Shown in pieces: positions 30,381-44,056 of a DNA stretch of 64,000 bases. The DNA comes from Longimicrobiales bacterium. Its GTDB lineage: Bacteria > Gemmatimonadota > Gemmatimonadetes > Longimicrobiales > Gaopeijiaceae. How positions within the stretch are numbered: the first letter of the stretch is position 1; every line of letters begins with the position of its first letter. A program made the position numbers and the translations under genes. Location of the stretch: contig CBDBCF010000001.1 in NCBI GenBank assembly GCA_965202985.1, positions 448,001 to 512,000 on the forward strand, written 5' to 3'. Below the pieces are notes generated by a model. It saw nothing but the letters and a program-made list of their open reading frames with translations. It did no database searches and was not told where the DNA came from.

Positions 30381-31364
30381 ATGGAACTGGCATTCTTGGT
30401 CGGGGCGGGGGCGTTCGCCCTCACGGGCGTCTTGAGTTCGCTTCGCATCCTTTGGGAGTACGAGCGGGGCGTGGTCTTCCGCCTGGGCAAGCTGACCCGC
30501 GCCAAGGGGCCCGGCATCGTCTTCCTGGTGCCCTACGGGGTCGAGCGGATGCGGAAGATGGACCTGCGCATCATCGCCCTGGACATCGCGCCCCAGGACA
30601 CGATCACCAAGGACAACGTGAGCTGCACGGTGAACGCCGTGGTGTACTTCCGCGTGGTGGACCCCTCCAAGGCCGTGGTGGAGGTGGAGGACTACTACTT
30701 CGCGACCAGTCAGATCGCCCAGACCACCTTGCGCAGCGTGGTGGGCCAGTCGGAGCTGGACGAACTGCTGGCCGAGCGCGAGCGCATCAACGAGATCGTG
30801 CGGCGGATCATCGACCTGGAAACGGACCCGTGGGGGATCGAGGTCACCAGCGTCGAGATCAAGGACATCGACCTGCCCAAGGAGATGAAGCGCGCGATGG
30901 CGAAGCAGGCCGAAGCCGAGCGCGAGCGTCGGGGCAAGGTGATCGCCGCCGAGGGCGAGTTCCAGGCGTCCAAGAAGCTGTCGGCGGCGGCCCAGGTCAT
31001 TGCGCAGCATCCGGTGGCGCTGCAGCTGCGCTTCCTCCAGACCGTGGTGGAGGTGGCGGCGGAGAACAACTCGACCACCCTGTTTCCGATCCCCGTGGAC
31101 CTGTTCGCGCCGTTCCTGGGGAAGTCGGCCGAAGGCGCGGCGCTCGCCCCCGAGACGGCCAAGGCCCTGGCCGAGACCACGGCCCTGGGCCTGGGACTGG
31201 ACCAAGCCGAGGTGGCGCGGGCCGTCGAGTCGGGCGACGCCCGCAAGCTGCTGGAAGGCGCACGGAAGGCCCTGGGAGTGGGCGAAGAAGACGACGCCGA
31301 AGCCGCGGTTGCCGCCGGCGCAGCCCACGCCGACGAAGCCGCCTCGCCGGCGGAGAAGAAGTAA
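30381..31364 (+). CDS. SPFH/stomatin (slipin) family membrane protein
   Basis: [46 protein letters not shown]. Confidence 0.94.
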   Translation: MELAFLVGAGAFALTGVLSSLRILWEYERGVVFRLGKLTRAKGPGIVFLVPYGVERMRKMDLRIIALDIAPQDTITKDNVSCTVNAVVYFRVVDPSKAVVEVEDYYFATSQIAQTTLRSVVGQSELDELLAERERINEIVRRIIDLETDPWGIEVTSVEIKDIDLPKEMKRAMAKQAEAERERRGKVIAAEGEFQASKKLSAAAQVIAQHPVALQLRFLQTVVEVAAENNSTTLFPIPVDLFAPFLGKSAEGAALAPETAKALAETTALGLGLDQAEVARAVESGDARKLLEGARKALGVGEEDDAEAAVAAGAAHADEAASPAEKK

Positions 31365-31368
31365 CCGG

Positions 31369-31650
31369 CTACCGAGCGACCGTGGCGCCGTTGGCCGCCT
31401 CGGCCAGCAGGTCGTCCCCCGTGTCGCACTCCACCACAGCGTGGCCAACATGGACCAGTTGGTCGGGACCCATCGCCCCCACCAGCCCCTCCAAGTGCTT
31501 CGCCGTCTCCGCCCCGAACTTCCGCGACGCCAAACGAAGCACCATCTCCCGGTGACCTCGGGCCACCCCCTGCTTCACGCCCCGCTTCACGCCCTTCGCC
31601 ATGCCCGTGCGCTGTTGTTCCTCCACCCACTGCTCGTACGTTTGTTCCAT
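31369..31650 (-). CDS. Putative nested in-frame Rpn small antitoxin (RpnS)
   Basis: AGGAGG 8 nt upstream of the in-frame ATG that starts MEQTYEQW. Confidence 0.6.
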   Translation of the reverse strand: MEQTYEQWVEEQQRTGMAKGVKRGVKQGVARGHREMVLRLASRKFGAETAKHLEGLVGAMGPDQLVHVGHAVVECDTGDDLLAEAANGATVAR

Positions 31651-32568
31651 CTCCGGCGCCTCCTCTGGTTGAATGATCTGCCGCTCGACGACCCGCCTCC
31701 GCTCCGCCGGCACGCCCGCCGCGCGCATCCGCTCGTCCGTCCACTTCGCGAACGCCCGGCGCGCCGACGCATGCTCCTCCCCGGCCCACTGCTTTGCCAA
31801 TGAAGCGTGCACCCGCCGAAAGGCGTCCCACGGCTTCCGTTCCAGTGTGCCCAGCCAGCCCAGCAACGAGTCCTCCGGCAGCAAGTCTTGCGCCGACGCC
31901 GACTGCAAGTCAAGCACTTCGTAGCTGTGCGTGCTCGCGCCAGCGCAGGCCCAGACCGCACCGGGAGGCGGCTGCGGCGTCCGCGTCAGGGCGGCCAAGC
32001 TGGTCGCGGCGGTCCAGGGCTCCGGGCCGGTGTGGAGTACGCGGGCGAGTACGAGGGGAACGGAACCGTCCGAGTCCAGCATCTTCGGGTTGGCGCGCAG
32101 CATCTCGATCGTCCCGGTGGCGTAGCCCGGGGTGCGCAGCGCCATGTCGGGGTCGTGGGAGGACTGGAACTCGACGAGGAAGACGACCGAGGCGCTGCTG
32201 TCCTTGAACCAGACCCTCACCGCGAGGTCGGCCAGCCTGCGCTCGAGGCCCCGGGAGATCGTCTCGGTGGGTACGAGTTCGGCGGTGTCGAGGTCGAGGA
32301 TGTCGTGGCCGCCGACGGCGAGGAAGTCTCGGATCAGGGACTTGATGGCCACATCGTGCGCGAAGAGGGCCTTGTAGGTCTGGTCGTGGGGACGGTGCTC
32401 GCGCCGGTGGGGATCGCCGTCGGGCGGGTCCGGGGCATTGTTGGGCAGGTGCGGGGCCTCGTCGGGCAGGTCCGGAGCATCGTCGGGGGCGGCCGTGTCG
32501 TCGGGAGAGCGGGCAGAGTCGTGGGCGACGGGGGCGGGGAGTCGGGGATCATGGCGGGGTCGGTCCAT
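31369..32568 (-). CDS. Rpn family recombination-promoting nuclease/putative transposase
   Basis: HDQTYKALF, RRLADL, LVEFQS..D..MALR, C-terminal GxxxG repeats and RKFG. Confidence 0.85.
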   Translation of the reverse strand: MDRPRHDPRLPAPVAHDSARSPDDTAAPDDAPDLPDEAPHLPNNAPDPPDGDPHRREHRPHDQTYKALFAHDVAIKSLIRDFLAVGGHDILDLDTAELVPTETISRGLERRLADLAVRVWFKDSSASVVFLVEFQSSHDPDMALRTPGYATGTIEMLRANPKMLDSDGSVPLVLARVLHTGPEPWTAATSLAALTRTPQPPPGAVWACAGASTHSYEVLDLQSASAQDLLPEDSLLGWLGTLERKPWDAFRRVHASLAKQWAGEEHASARRAFAKWTDERMRAAGVPAERRRVVERQIIQPEEAPEMEQTYEQWVEEQQRTGMAKGVKRGVKQGVARGHREMVLRLASRKFGAETAKHLEGLVGAMGPDQLVHVGHAVVECDTGDDLLAEAANGATVAR

Positions 32569-32768
32569 GGGGACGCGCGGCCTTTCTCGAGCGGGTCTCG
32601 TGCCGCCTCTCGGGGCGGATACCCAAACGATGGGGCCGAAATCGGGGCGTTTGGATAGCTGTTTGAGCCCGACTTGCAGCGCCTGACCCGCGGATTCGGC
32701 GCCAAGCCCTTGCGGAGCAAAGAATTCGCCCGTCCTGGGCGGCCGAACTTCGGGCTACAACGGCAGCG

Positions 32769-35453
<2,685 letters not shown>

Positions 35454-35457
<4 letters not shown>

Positions 35458-36434
35458 GGGCGGGCGAAGTGGTCGTGGCCGCCGGGGCCTTCCACGCGGC
35501 GACGCCCTTCCGGGCTTTCCCGGACCACGCCTTGGCCGCGCTCGACGGTTCCGATTCTGGTCAGGGACACGGACAACTCCTTGCCGAGGGCCTTCAAGCG
35601 GCCCTCCGCGCCAGATTCTGCCGTAAACATCAGTTCATAATCTTCGCCCCCTTCAAGGGCAAAGTTCAAGGGCCGGGCCGCATCGGGACCGGTGGCCGGG
35701 CCGGTGGAGCCGGGTTCGAGGTGGACGCAGGGATCAACGGGCACCCGGTCGTCCCGGACGACCATGGCCACGCCCGAGGCTTCGGCCAGTCGGCGGGCGT
35801 CAGCCAAGAGGCCGTCGGAGACGTCGATCATGGAGCGGGCAATGTCGCGGGCCGCCAACGCCCTGCCCAGGGGCACCCGGTCGGGAGGCGCGGCGAACCG
35901 GCTTCTGGCCGCGGCTGGAGGCTCGCGACCGGCGGACCAGCCTGCCACCGCCGCCGCCGCGGCGCCCAATTCGCCCGACACCCAGAGATCGTACCCCGGT
36001 TCGGCGCCGCTTCTGCGCACCAAGCCGTGGGGCGCCCTGCCCAGCGCGACCACGTCGATCGCCACCGGCCCCGGCGACCGGCTTACGTCGCCCCCGGCGA
36101 TGGGAACCGACACTCGGTCGGCCGCCCGACGCGCTCCTTGCTGCAGCTCTTCGGCCAAGTCCGGGTCGGGCGGCACGGCCAGCGAGACCAAGAGCGCCAT
36201 CGGCCGGGCGCCCATGGCGGCCATGTCGCTCAAAGCCGCGGCGGCGGCGCGGAACCCCACCTCGCGAGCGGCCATCCAGTCGAACCTGAAGTGCACCCCT
36301 TCAACCGACAGGTCGGTCGAGGCCACCAAGCCGCCCCGCAGCACGGCCGCGTCGTCTCCGGGACCCAGCAGCACGTCCCGGCTGCCCTTCCAGCCGGCGG
36401 CAACCAAACGAGCCACCAGGGCCGTCTCGTCCAC
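35454..36434 (-). CDS. thiL: Thiamine-monophosphate kinase
   Basis: GDDAA, EGVHF, SDMAAMG, GGD, IDVSDGL, GGEDYEL. Confidence 0.94.
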
Positions 36435-36465
36435 AAGTCGTCTCCCGAGCGCCGCCCCGGCCGGC

Positions 36466-38184
36466 CTAGCGGGGCGCGTCCTGGTCGAAGACGACGAAGG
36501 GAAACGGCAGCGTCGCGCGCCCGTTGCCCCGCTGGGCCAGGGCGGCGGGAACCGCCTCGATCACGTCCGACGGCACCAGCGAAGGTCCCAGCCCGCAAGC
36601 CGCCGCCGCCCGCCCGGTCACGTCCAGAGCCAAGCCCGCCGCGCAGAACGGCTCCACGCTCTGGGCCAGGAAGGCACCCACGGCGCCCGCAAGCACATCG
36701 CCCATGCCCGCCACGGCCAGGTCGGACGTGTCCTGCGCGGTCGCCACCAGCAGTCTGCCGCCCGGCTCGACCACCAGCGACGGCGCGCCCTTCAGCAGCA
36801 CCACGACCCCACGTGCTTCGGCCAAGCCGCGGGCGGCGGCCACCCGGTCCCGCTGGACCTGGGCCGTGGAGCAGCCGAGCAGGCGGGCCATTTCTCCGGG
36901 ATGAGGGGTCGCCACGACTGGACCGGCCCCGATCACGTCCCCCACCCTGATCGCGCCACCGGCCGCGTCGCGCGACAGCAGGGTCAGGGCGTCGGCGTCC
37001 AGCACGGCGGGCCTGCCCGCCCGGACCGCCAGCGCCCGCTCCAGCCTCCGGGCCGCGTCCGCGTTCGTTCCCAAGCCGGGCCCCACGACCAAGGCGCGAC
37101 TGGCCTCGATCGCGGCCTCCAGGGAATGGCCGGGGGCACTGGGGATGCCGTCGGCCTCCAGGGAACGCCCGGAAGTGCTTGGGACGCCATCGGCCTCGAT
37201 GAAACGCCCGGGCAAGTTCGCGTCGCGGGCCTCCGGCGTGTCCGCGACGAAGACGACCTCCGGCACGGTGGCCACCACGCCCGCCACGTCGGCGGGGCCG
37301 CACACGCGCACCAACCCGGCGCCGCACCGAAACGCCGACCGGGCCGCCAGCGCCGCCGCGCCCGCCATCGCCGGACCCGCCACGACCGCCAGCGTCCCGA
37401 CTTCGTTCTTGTGGGTGGCGGCCGAACGGCGGGGCAGCGTCTGCGACGCCCACCCCGGCGTGGCCAGCTCGGCCCAGCCGTCGCTCCACGGCGCGCGCGG
37501 CGGGAAGCCGATCTCCACCGCAACGAGCCGCCCGCACCGAGTGCGCCCCGGATGCAACAGGGTCCCCAGCTTCGGCCAACCGAACGCCACCGTCGCATCG
37601 GCCTGGACGGCGGCGCCTGGGATCGTGCCGTGCGTGCCGTCCACCCCCGAGGGCGCGTCCAGGGCCACGACGGCCCCCGGCGTGCGGTTGGCCGCCTCGA
37701 TCGCCGCCTGGTGCGCCGGCCGGGGCGCGCCCTTGATCCCGGTGCCGAGCAGGCCGTCCACCACGACTGCGGCTCCGGTCAGCCGTCGCTCCAATCTCCG
37801 CGCCGCGCCGGCCCGACCCGTGTCGAACACCGTCGTCGGCAACTCCCATCCGTGCGACACCGGGTCGGGGCTGGGCCGCTTCCCAACCACGACCGCTGAA
37901 ACGGGCCTGCCCCACGCCGCCAGTGCGCGAAGGCACACCAGGGCGTCGCCGCCGTTGTTGCCGGCTCCGACCAGCGCCACGACCTCGCCCTGGGGAAACA
38001 GATGTTCCACGATCAACGCGGCCTGCCGTCCCGCGTTCTCCATCAGCGCCGGCTCGGGCACGCCCCGGTCCTCGATCGACCGTTGGTCGTACCGGGCCGC
38101 TTGGCACGCGGTCGGCGCTCCGACCACCGGCTTGCCGAACGGCCGCTGCTCGACGCTGGAGGCCGCGGCCACGGGCGGCCTCAA
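36466..38184 (-). CDS. nnr: Bifunctional NAD(P)HX epimerase/dehydratase
   Basis: LMENAG, GNNGGD, DGLLGTG, HK, DADAL, TPHPGE, AGMGDVL. Confidence 0.93.
   Translation of the reverse strand: MRPPVAAASSVEQRPFGKPVVGAPTACQAARYDQRSIEDRGVPEPALMENAGRQAALIVEHLFPQGEVVALVGAGNNGGDALVCLRALAAWGRPVSAVVVGKRPSPDPVSHGWELPTTVFDTGRAGAARRLERRLTGAAVVVDGLLGTGIKGAPRPAHQAAIEAANRTPGAVVALDAPSGVDGTHGTIPGAAVQADATVAFGWPKLGTLLHPGRTRCGRLVAVEIGFPPRAPWSDGWAELATPGWASQTLPRRSAATHKNEVGTLAVVAGPAMAGAAALAARSAFRCGAGLVRVCGPADVAGVVATVPEVVFVADTPEARDANLPGRFIEADGVPSTSGRSLEADGIPSAPGHSLEAAIEASRALVVGPGLGTNADAARRLERALAVRAGRPAVLDADALTLLSRDAAGGAIRVGDVIGAGPVVATPHPGEMARLLGCSTAQVQRDRVAAARGLAEARGVVVLLKGAPSLVVEPGGRLLVATAQDTSDLAVAGMGDVLAGAVGAFLAQSVEPFCAAGLALDVTGRAAAACGLGPSLVPSDVIEAVPAALAQRGNGRATLPFPFVVFDQDAPR
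37114..37211. repeat. About 2.5 copies of a 39-bp in-frame tandem repeat inside nnr
   Basis: Units start GGCCTC at 37114, 37153 and 37192 (peptide LEADGxPSxxGxS). Confidence 0.85.
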
Positions 38185-38191
38185 CTCCAGG

Positions 38192-38395
38192 CTACTTGTA
38201 GCTCTGCCCGATCGAGCGGCCGAACGTGATCTCGCCGTTGTCTATGCGGATGTTGAAGCCGCACTCGGGGTTCGAGCAGACCCACGCCTTGTAGCGGATC
38301 GGGGCGCCCTCCCGTCCATAGTCGGACAGGGGCAGCAAGAGTCCTTCGTCGCACTTCATGCACTTGGCAAAGCCGGTGTCGGACACAGTGTTCAT
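38192..38395 (-). CDS. Small zinc-ribbon-like protein
   Basis: CMKC..PLSDYG..KAWVCSNPEC; 67 aa. Confidence 0.75.
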   Translation of the reverse strand: MNTVSDTGFAKCMKCDEGLLLPLSDYGREGAPIRYKAWVCSNPECGFNIRIDNGEITFGRSIGQSYK

Positions 38396-38489
38396 CAGCT
38401 CATCGTGGCACGGAACGCTTCTCGGGGGCGCAAAGTAAACGGAAACGGCGAACCGCGCCACTGCCGGCGCAAGCTGGTCGAATCGCGCG

Positions 38490-38870
38490 CTAGGAGGGAG
38501 CCGACCACGGGTAGTTCTGGTCGAAGGCGTCCTCGAAGTCGAAGAGACCGCGAAAGTCCTCCGGTCGGTCGTCGTCCTGCTTGACCAGCACGCCGATCTC
38601 CACCAGCGCGAAGACGATCTCGCCGAAGTCGTCGGTGGAGTGCACGCCCCAGTGCTCCAAGACCGCGCGCGCCATCGGGCCGAAGCGCTGAATCGCCAGC
38701 CCGCGCGCGCCCTCCGCCAGCTCGCGACCCGAGATGTGGCGCTTCTTGCCCAGCCCGTCGATGACGGAGTGCAGCGCGTCCAGCACGAACCCGTAGGCGT
38801 GGCGATGGAAGCGCGGGTGCCGCTCCTGCAGGGCGGCCAGCGTTCTTTCGGCAGATGCTGCGTCGTTCAT
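38490..38870 (-). CDS. Minf_1886-like conserved protein
   Basis: AYGFV..RHISGREL..FGPMA..WG..TDDFGEIVF. Confidence 0.8.
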   Translation of the reverse strand: MNDAASAERTLAALQERHPRFHRHAYGFVLDALHSVIDGLGKKRHISGRELAEGARGLAIQRFGPMARAVLEHWGVHSTDDFGEIVFALVEIGVLVKQDDDRPEDFRGLFDFEDAFDQNYPWSAPS

Positions 38871-38876
38871 GGCGTC

Positions 38877-40148
38877 TCAATCTTGCGCGCCGGTTCCCAT
38901 GCCGCCAGTTCCCGGCGCAAACAAGGGGAACGACTTGCACAACTCTGCCGCTTCCGAGCGGACGCGGCCCACCGCGCCTTCGTCTCGTGGGTCCTCGATC
39001 ACGTCAGCGATCCAGCCGCCGGCCAGCCTCATCTGGTCCGGCCCCATGCCCCGCGTCGTCAACGCCGGCGTACCGATCCGAAGGCCCGACGTGACGAACG
39101 GCGACCGCGACTCGCCCGGCACCGTGTTCTTGTTGACCGTGATCCCGGCCCGCTCCAGCGCCTCTTCGGCGTCCTTTCCGGTCAGGTCCCGACCCGTCAG
39201 GTCGACCAGCAGCAGATGCGTGTCCGTGCCCCCCGACACCAGCCGCAGCCCTCGCTCCACCAGCGTCTCGGCCAGCACGCGGGCGTTCTCCACCACGCGC
39301 CGCCCGTACTCGCGGAACTCCGGCGACAGCGCCTCGCCCAGCGCCACGGCCTTGGACGCGATCACGTGCATCAACGGCCCGCCCTGCACGCAAGGGAACA
39401 CCATCTTGTCCACGACCTTGGCGTGCGCACGGCTGCACAGCACCAGCCCGCCCCGGGGACCGCGAAGCGTCTTGTGCGTCGTGGTGGTCACCACGTCGGC
39501 GTGGGGAACGGGACTGGGGTGCTGCCCGGCGGCCACCAGCCCGGCCACGTGCGCCATGTCCACCATCAGGACCGCGCCCGCCTCCCGCGCGATCTCTCCG
39601 AACGCGCCGAAGTCGATGATCCGGGGATACGCCGACGCCCCGGCCACAATCAGCTTGGGGCGACTTCGGCGCGCCGCGTCCCGCACCCGGTCGTAGTCGA
39701 TGCGGCCGTCGGCCTCGTTCACTCCGTACGCGGTCACGTCGAAGAAGCGCCCGCTGAAGTTGACGGGCGAGCCGTGCGTCAGATGTCCGCCGTGGCTGAG
39801 GTCCATGCCCAGTACGCGGTGGCCCGGCTCCAGGAAGGCGAAGAACGCCGCCATGTTGGCTTGCGCGCCGGAGTGGGGCTGGACGTTGGCGTGGTCGGCG
39901 TCGAAGAGCTCGACCGCCCGCGAGCGCGCCAGGTCCTCCACTTCGTCTGCCCACTCGCAGCCGCCGTAGTAGCGCCGACCGGGCAGGCCCTCGGCGTACT
40001 TGTGCGTGAAGACAGTGCCCATGGCTTCGCGCACCGCCCGCGACACGAAGTTCTCGCTGGCGATCATCTCCAGGTTGCCCCGCTGGCGCTCCCCTTCGGC
40101 AACGGTGGCGGCGTGAACGCGCGGGTCCGCGCGGCGCAGGTTCTCCAT
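38877..40148 (-). CDS. glyA: Serine hydroxymethyltransferase
   Basis: [36 protein letters not shown]. Confidence 0.98.
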   Translation of the reverse strand: MENLRRADPRVHAATVAEGERQRGNLEMIASENFVSRAVREAMGTVFTHKYAEGLPGRRYYGGCEWADEVEDLARSRAVELFDADHANVQPHSGAQANMAAFFAFLEPGHRVLGMDLSHGGHLTHGSPVNFSGRFFDVTAYGVNEADGRIDYDRVRDAARRSRPKLIVAGASAYPRIIDFGAFGEIAREAGAVLMVDMAHVAGLVAAGQHPSPVPHADVVTTTTHKTLRGPRGGLVLCSRAHAKVVDKMVFPCVQGGPLMHVIASKAVALGEALSPEFREYGRRVVENARVLAETLVERGLRLVSGGTDTHLLLVDLTGRDLTGKDAEEALERAGITVNKNTVPGESRSPFVTSGLRIGTPALTTRGMGPDQMRLAGGWIADVIEDPRDEGAVGRVRSEAAELCKSFPLFAPGTGGMGTGAQD

Positions 40149-40165
40149 AGCTTGTCGGTCCCCGT

Positions 40166-41305
40166 TCAGGCGGCCCCGTTGGCGCGCCGGCCGCGCGCGG
40201 CCCTGGCTTCCTGCAGGCGCTCCAACGCCACCCGATCGGCGGCCTGGTTGGTTGGCACGTTCTCTTCGCGGGACAGGCGAAAGATGCGCAACAGGGATTC
40301 GTAGATGGCGGCCGCCTGCCGCTTGCCCCGCTCCGCGTTCCACCCCTTGAGCTCGCCGTAGACGTTGATCAGGCCGCCCGCGTTGATCACGTAGTCGGGG
40401 GCGTAGAGGATGCCCCTCTCGCGCACCATGGCGCCGTGGCGCCGACCGTGGGCCAGTTGGTTGTTCGCGGCGCCCGCCACGATCTTCGCTTTGAGCACGG
40501 GGAGCGTGTCGTCGTTGACGACGGCCCCCAGCGCGCACGGGGCGAAGACGTCCGCGTCCGCCGCGTAGATGGCGTCCGGCACCGCAGCGACGGTGCCCGG
40601 AAAGCGCGTTTCGGCCTCGCGAACTCGGGCGGGCCGAATGTCGGTGACCGTGAGCCGCGCCCCTTCCTCGGACAGGTAGCCGCACAGGTTCATGCCCACG
40701 TTCCCGAGTCCCTGCACGGCCACGCGGCGGCCGTCCAGGGCGTCGTCGCCCCACCGCTCCCTGGCGCACGCCTTGATCCCCACGTAGACGCCGTAGGCGG
40801 TCACGGGCGACGGGTCGCCGGATCGGTCCAGCAGCCCCGCCACGTGGTCGGTCTCCTTTCGGACGAACTCCATGTCGTGGACCGAGGTTCCCACGTCCTC
40901 CGCGGTGATGTAGCGGCCGCCCAGCGCCTCCACGGCGCGGCCGTGGGCTCGGAAGACGGCTTCGCGCTCGCGGGTCCGGTTGTCGCCGATGATCACGGCC
41001 TTGCCGCCGCCCAGGTCGACGCCGGTGATCGCCGCCTTGTAGGTCATGCCCCGGGACAGCCGCAGGGCGTCGATCAGCGCCTCTTCCTCGCTCCGGTAGT
41101 TCCAGAACCGGGTTCCTCCCAACGCCGGCCCCAACGTCGTGTCGTGCACGGCGACGATGCCGCGGTAGCCCGATTCGGGATCGCTCCAGAAGGACACCTG
41201 CTCGTGCCTGCGGCGATCGATCATGTCGAAGATGCCCGACCGCTCGAAGAGGCCCGCGCGCTGGTCCGGCGCTCCCGCTCCCGCGTGGCTGGTCATGACT
41301 GCCAT
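40166..41305 (-). CDS. Glu/Leu/Phe/Val (leucine) dehydrogenase
   Basis: [37 protein letters not shown]. Confidence 0.93.
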   Translation of the reverse strand: MAVMTSHAGAGAPDQRAGLFERSGIFDMIDRRRHEQVSFWSDPESGYRGIVAVHDTTLGPALGGTRFWNYRSEEEALIDALRLSRGMTYKAAITGVDLGGGKAVIIGDNRTREREAVFRAHGRAVEALGGRYITAEDVGTSVHDMEFVRKETDHVAGLLDRSGDPSPVTAYGVYVGIKACARERWGDDALDGRRVAVQGLGNVGMNLCGYLSEEGARLTVTDIRPARVREAETRFPGTVAAVPDAIYAADADVFAPCALGAVVNDDTLPVLKAKIVAGAANNQLAHGRRHGAMVRERGILYAPDYVINAGGLINVYGELKGWNAERGKRQAAAIYESLLRIFRLSREENVPTNQAADRVALERLQEARAARGRRANGAA

Positions 41306-42492
41306 TGTCCTTGTTCTCCTTTGCGTGCGACGGAACGCCCGATCACCAGTCGCAGGATCTCGTTGGTTCCCTCGTAGATTTCGGTTCCCTTCGCGTCGCG
41401 CATCAGCTTCTCGACGGGAAACTCTCGCATGTATCCGTAGCCGCCGAACAGATGGACCGCTTGGTCGGTCACCCATGCGGCGGTCTCGCTGGCCGTCAGC
41501 TTGGCCATGGCGGGCCAATCGGAGCAACGTCCGCCCCGGGCGACGGCCGCCTCCCACCGCTGGGCCGCCTCCTGCACCAGCGCCCGCGAGGCCGCGATCC
41601 GCGTGGCCATGACGGCCAGCTTGCTCCGCACGGCCCCGAAGGCGGCCACGGGCTTGCCGAACTGCTGCCGCTCGCCCGTGTAGACCGCCGCGTGCTCGAA
41701 CGCCGCCTGGGCGATGCCGACGGCCTGCGCGGCGATCCCCAATCTGCCCACGTCCAGCGCGTCCAGGGCGTGGCTCAGGCCGCGCGCCCGGTGCCCCACC
41801 AGCCGGTCGGCGCCGACCCGCACGTCGTCCAGCTCCACGGCCACCGTCTCGGAGGCGCGCAGCCCCATCGTGCGTTCTCGCTTGCCGGGCCGATAGCCGG
41901 TGGCGCCGGTGTCCACCAGGAAGGCGCCTGCGGCCGGGCCGCGGCCGTTGGTCGGGGGGCTGTCGCCGTCGCTGCCGTCGTCGGTCCGGGCGAAGACGAA
42001 CACGGCGTCGGCCTTGGCGCCGTTGGTGACCCAGCGCTTGGCGCCCGACACCACCCAGGCGCCGCCGTCCTCTTGCCGGGCCAGGGCGGCCAGCGACGCC
42101 GGATCGCTCCCGGCGCCGGCCTCGGAGAGCGCGAACCCAGCGATCACGTCGCCCGACGCCAAGCGCGGCAGCCAGCGCGCCTTCTGCTCTTCGTCGCCGT
42201 GGGCCAGCAACAGGCGGGGCACGGGGCCGTTCTGGATCGCCACGGTCAGCGCCAGCGAGGCGTCGCCCCGAGCCAGCTCCTCCAAGACCACCAAGTAGGT
42301 GCCCGCGGTCAGCCCCAAGCCGCCGTAGCGCTCCGGCACGAGCATCCCCAAGAAGCCCAGTTCGGCCAGCTGGTCCAGCACCGAGCGGTCGAAGGCGCCG
42401 TCGCGGTCCCATTCGGCGGCGCGGGAACGGATCTCGCCGTCCGCGAACTCGCGGGCCAAGTCCCTGACCTCTCGCTGCTCGGCGGTCAGCAC
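41293..42492 (-). CDS. Acyl-CoA dehydrogenase
   Basis: [36 protein letters not shown]. Confidence 0.95.
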   Translation of the reverse strand: MLTAEQREVRDLAREFADGEIRSRAAEWDRDGAFDRSVLDQLAELGFLGMLVPERYGGLGLTAGTYLVVLEELARGDASLALTVAIQNGPVPRLLLAHGDEEQKARWLPRLASGDVIAGFALSEAGAGSDPASLAALARQEDGGAWVVSGAKRWVTNGAKADAVFVFARTDDGSDGDSPPTNGRGPAAGAFLVDTGATGYRPGKRERTMGLRASETVAVELDDVRVGADRLVGHRARGLSHALDALDVGRLGIAAQAVGIAQAAFEHAAVYTGERQQFGKPVAAFGAVRSKLAVMATRIAASRALVQEAAQRWEAAVARGGRCSDWPAMAKLTASETAAWVTDQAVHLFGGYGYMREFPVEKLMRDAKGTEIYEGTNEILRLVIGRSVARKGEQGQWQS

Positions 42493-43346
42493 GGATCGTA
42501 GCGGTGGAAGCCCCGGCCGGCCTTGCGCCCCAGCCAGCCCGCCGCCACGTACTGGCGCAACAGGGGGCACGGGCGGCAGCGGTCGTCGCCCAGCTCACGG
42601 TGCAGCACCTCCAAGATGTGGAGCACCGTGTCCAGGCCGATCAGGTCGGCCAGCGCCAGGGGACCCATGGGGTGGTTCATGCCCAGCGTCATCACTTGGT
42701 CGATGGCGCGTGCGTCGGCCACGCCTTCCATGAGGGCGAAGGCGGCCTCGTTCAGCATCGGCGCCAGGACGCGGTTCGACACGAAGCCGGGGAAGTCGCG
42801 CACCTCGACCGGCGTCTTGCCCAGGGCGCGCGACAGCTCCACGACCGCTTGGGCCGTGGCGTTGCTGGTGGCCAGGCCTCGGACGACCTCGACCAGCTGC
42901 ATGACCGGGACCGGGTTCATGAAGTGCATGCCGGCCACCTGCTCGGGCCGGTCGGTGCAGGCACCGATCGCCGTGATCGAGATCGACGACGTGTTGGACG
43001 CCAGGATCGCGTGGTCGGGGGCCAGCCGGTCCAGCGCCTCGAAGAGGGCGTGCTTGACCTCGGGCCGCTCGGGCACGGCCTCGATCACCAGGTCCGCTTT
43101 CGCCGCCGCGTCGTCCAGCGAAGGGGAGGGCGCGATCCGGGCCAGCGCCTCTTCGCGCTGCTCGGGGGAGATTCGGCCCTTGGAGGCTTGGCGCTGCAAG
43201 TTGCGGGCGATCGTGGCGACGGCCCGGTCCGGGGCGGCGGGGTCGGCGTCGAAGAGGGCGACTCGAAGGCCGGCCAGGGCGCAGACGTGTGCAATGCCGT
43301 TGCCCATGGTGCCCGCACCGACGACGGCCACCCGCTCGACGTTCAC
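42486..43346 (-). CDS. 3-hydroxybutyryl-CoA dehydrogenase
   Basis: GAGTMG, SNTSS, GMHFMNP, PGFVSNR, PMGP. Confidence 0.94.
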   Translation of the reverse strand: MNVERVAVVGAGTMGNGIAHVCALAGLRVALFDADPAAPDRAVATIARNLQRQASKGRISPEQREEALARIAPSPSLDDAAAKADLVIEAVPERPEVKHALFEALDRLAPDHAILASNTSSISITAIGACTDRPEQVAGMHFMNPVPVMQLVEVVRGLATSNATAQAVVELSRALGKTPVEVRDFPGFVSNRVLAPMLNEAAFALMEGVADARAIDQVMTLGMNHPMGPLALADLIGLDTVLHILEVLHRELGDDRCRPCPLLRQYVAAGWLGRKAGRGFHRYDPC

Positions 43347-43987
43347 GCGTGGGGCCGCTCCTCGCGGTTGGGACCCGGCTCGCGGTTGCGACGCCCCCGG
43401 CGGTCCGGGCGCCCGCCCGCCAAGCGCGACAGGGGCCGCGCCGCCGCCAGCGCGATCCCCGCCTTGAGAACGGCCCCGACCAGGAACGGCGCCACCGCGA
43501 CCGCGAACAGCTGGCCCGACCCGACGACGCCGGTCACGGAGAGCCACGCGGCCCCCAGCGCGAAGATCGCCGCGGTGCCGACAAGGAGGCCAACCGCCGT
43601 GCGCAGGACCGCCCCTTCCCGTCCCGCGATCGATCCCGTCAGCGCCGCCGCCACGGGGAACGCCATCAGGTAGCCGCCGGTGGGGCCAAGGACCCACGGC
43701 AGGCCTGCGCCGCCCGCCGCAAAGACCGGCACGCCGACCACGCCTGCGCACAAGTACAGCAGCTGGGACGCGGCCCCGGCGGCGGGACCCAGCGTCACCC
43801 CGGCCAAGAGCACGAACAGGGTCTGAAGGGTCATGGGAACGGGCGTGAAGCCCAGCGGCACGGCCACGTAGGCCCCCGCCGCAGTCAGCGCGGCGAAGAG
43901 GACGACGGCCAGCGACACCGCCGCGGCTCGGCTCGGGGTCCCGGTCAACGCCAGCGGGCTGGCGGCTGCGGTCTGCGGTTCTCTCAT
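43343..43987 (-). CDS. bioY: Biotin transporter BioY
   Basis: VPMTLQT, GVPVFA, GPTGGYL. Confidence 0.92.
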   Translation of the reverse strand: MREPQTAAASPLALTGTPSRAAAVSLAVVLFAALTAAGAYVAVPLGFTPVPMTLQTLFVLLAGVTLGPAAGAASQLLYLCAGVVGVPVFAAGGAGLPWVLGPTGGYLMAFPVAAALTGSIAGREGAVLRTAVGLLVGTAAIFALGAAWLSVTGVVGSGQLFAVAVAPFLVGAVLKAGIALAAARPLSRLAGGRPDRRGRRNREPGPNREERPHA

Positions 43988-44056
43988 TCGCGGTCCTCGT
44001 TCGTGGCACCGTTCTCGTTCACCATAATCTCCGTCGCGCCCCCCCAAAGGCCGAAG

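Noticed and set aside
28865..31555. 896-aa ORF as a single gene
   Set aside because: Only the part up to ~29813 is ATPase-like; the rest is frameshifted read-through over the SPFH gene
31369..32568. Rpn gene as an IS element
   Set aside because: No terminal inverted repeats or target duplication seen; Rpn proteins are not established transposases
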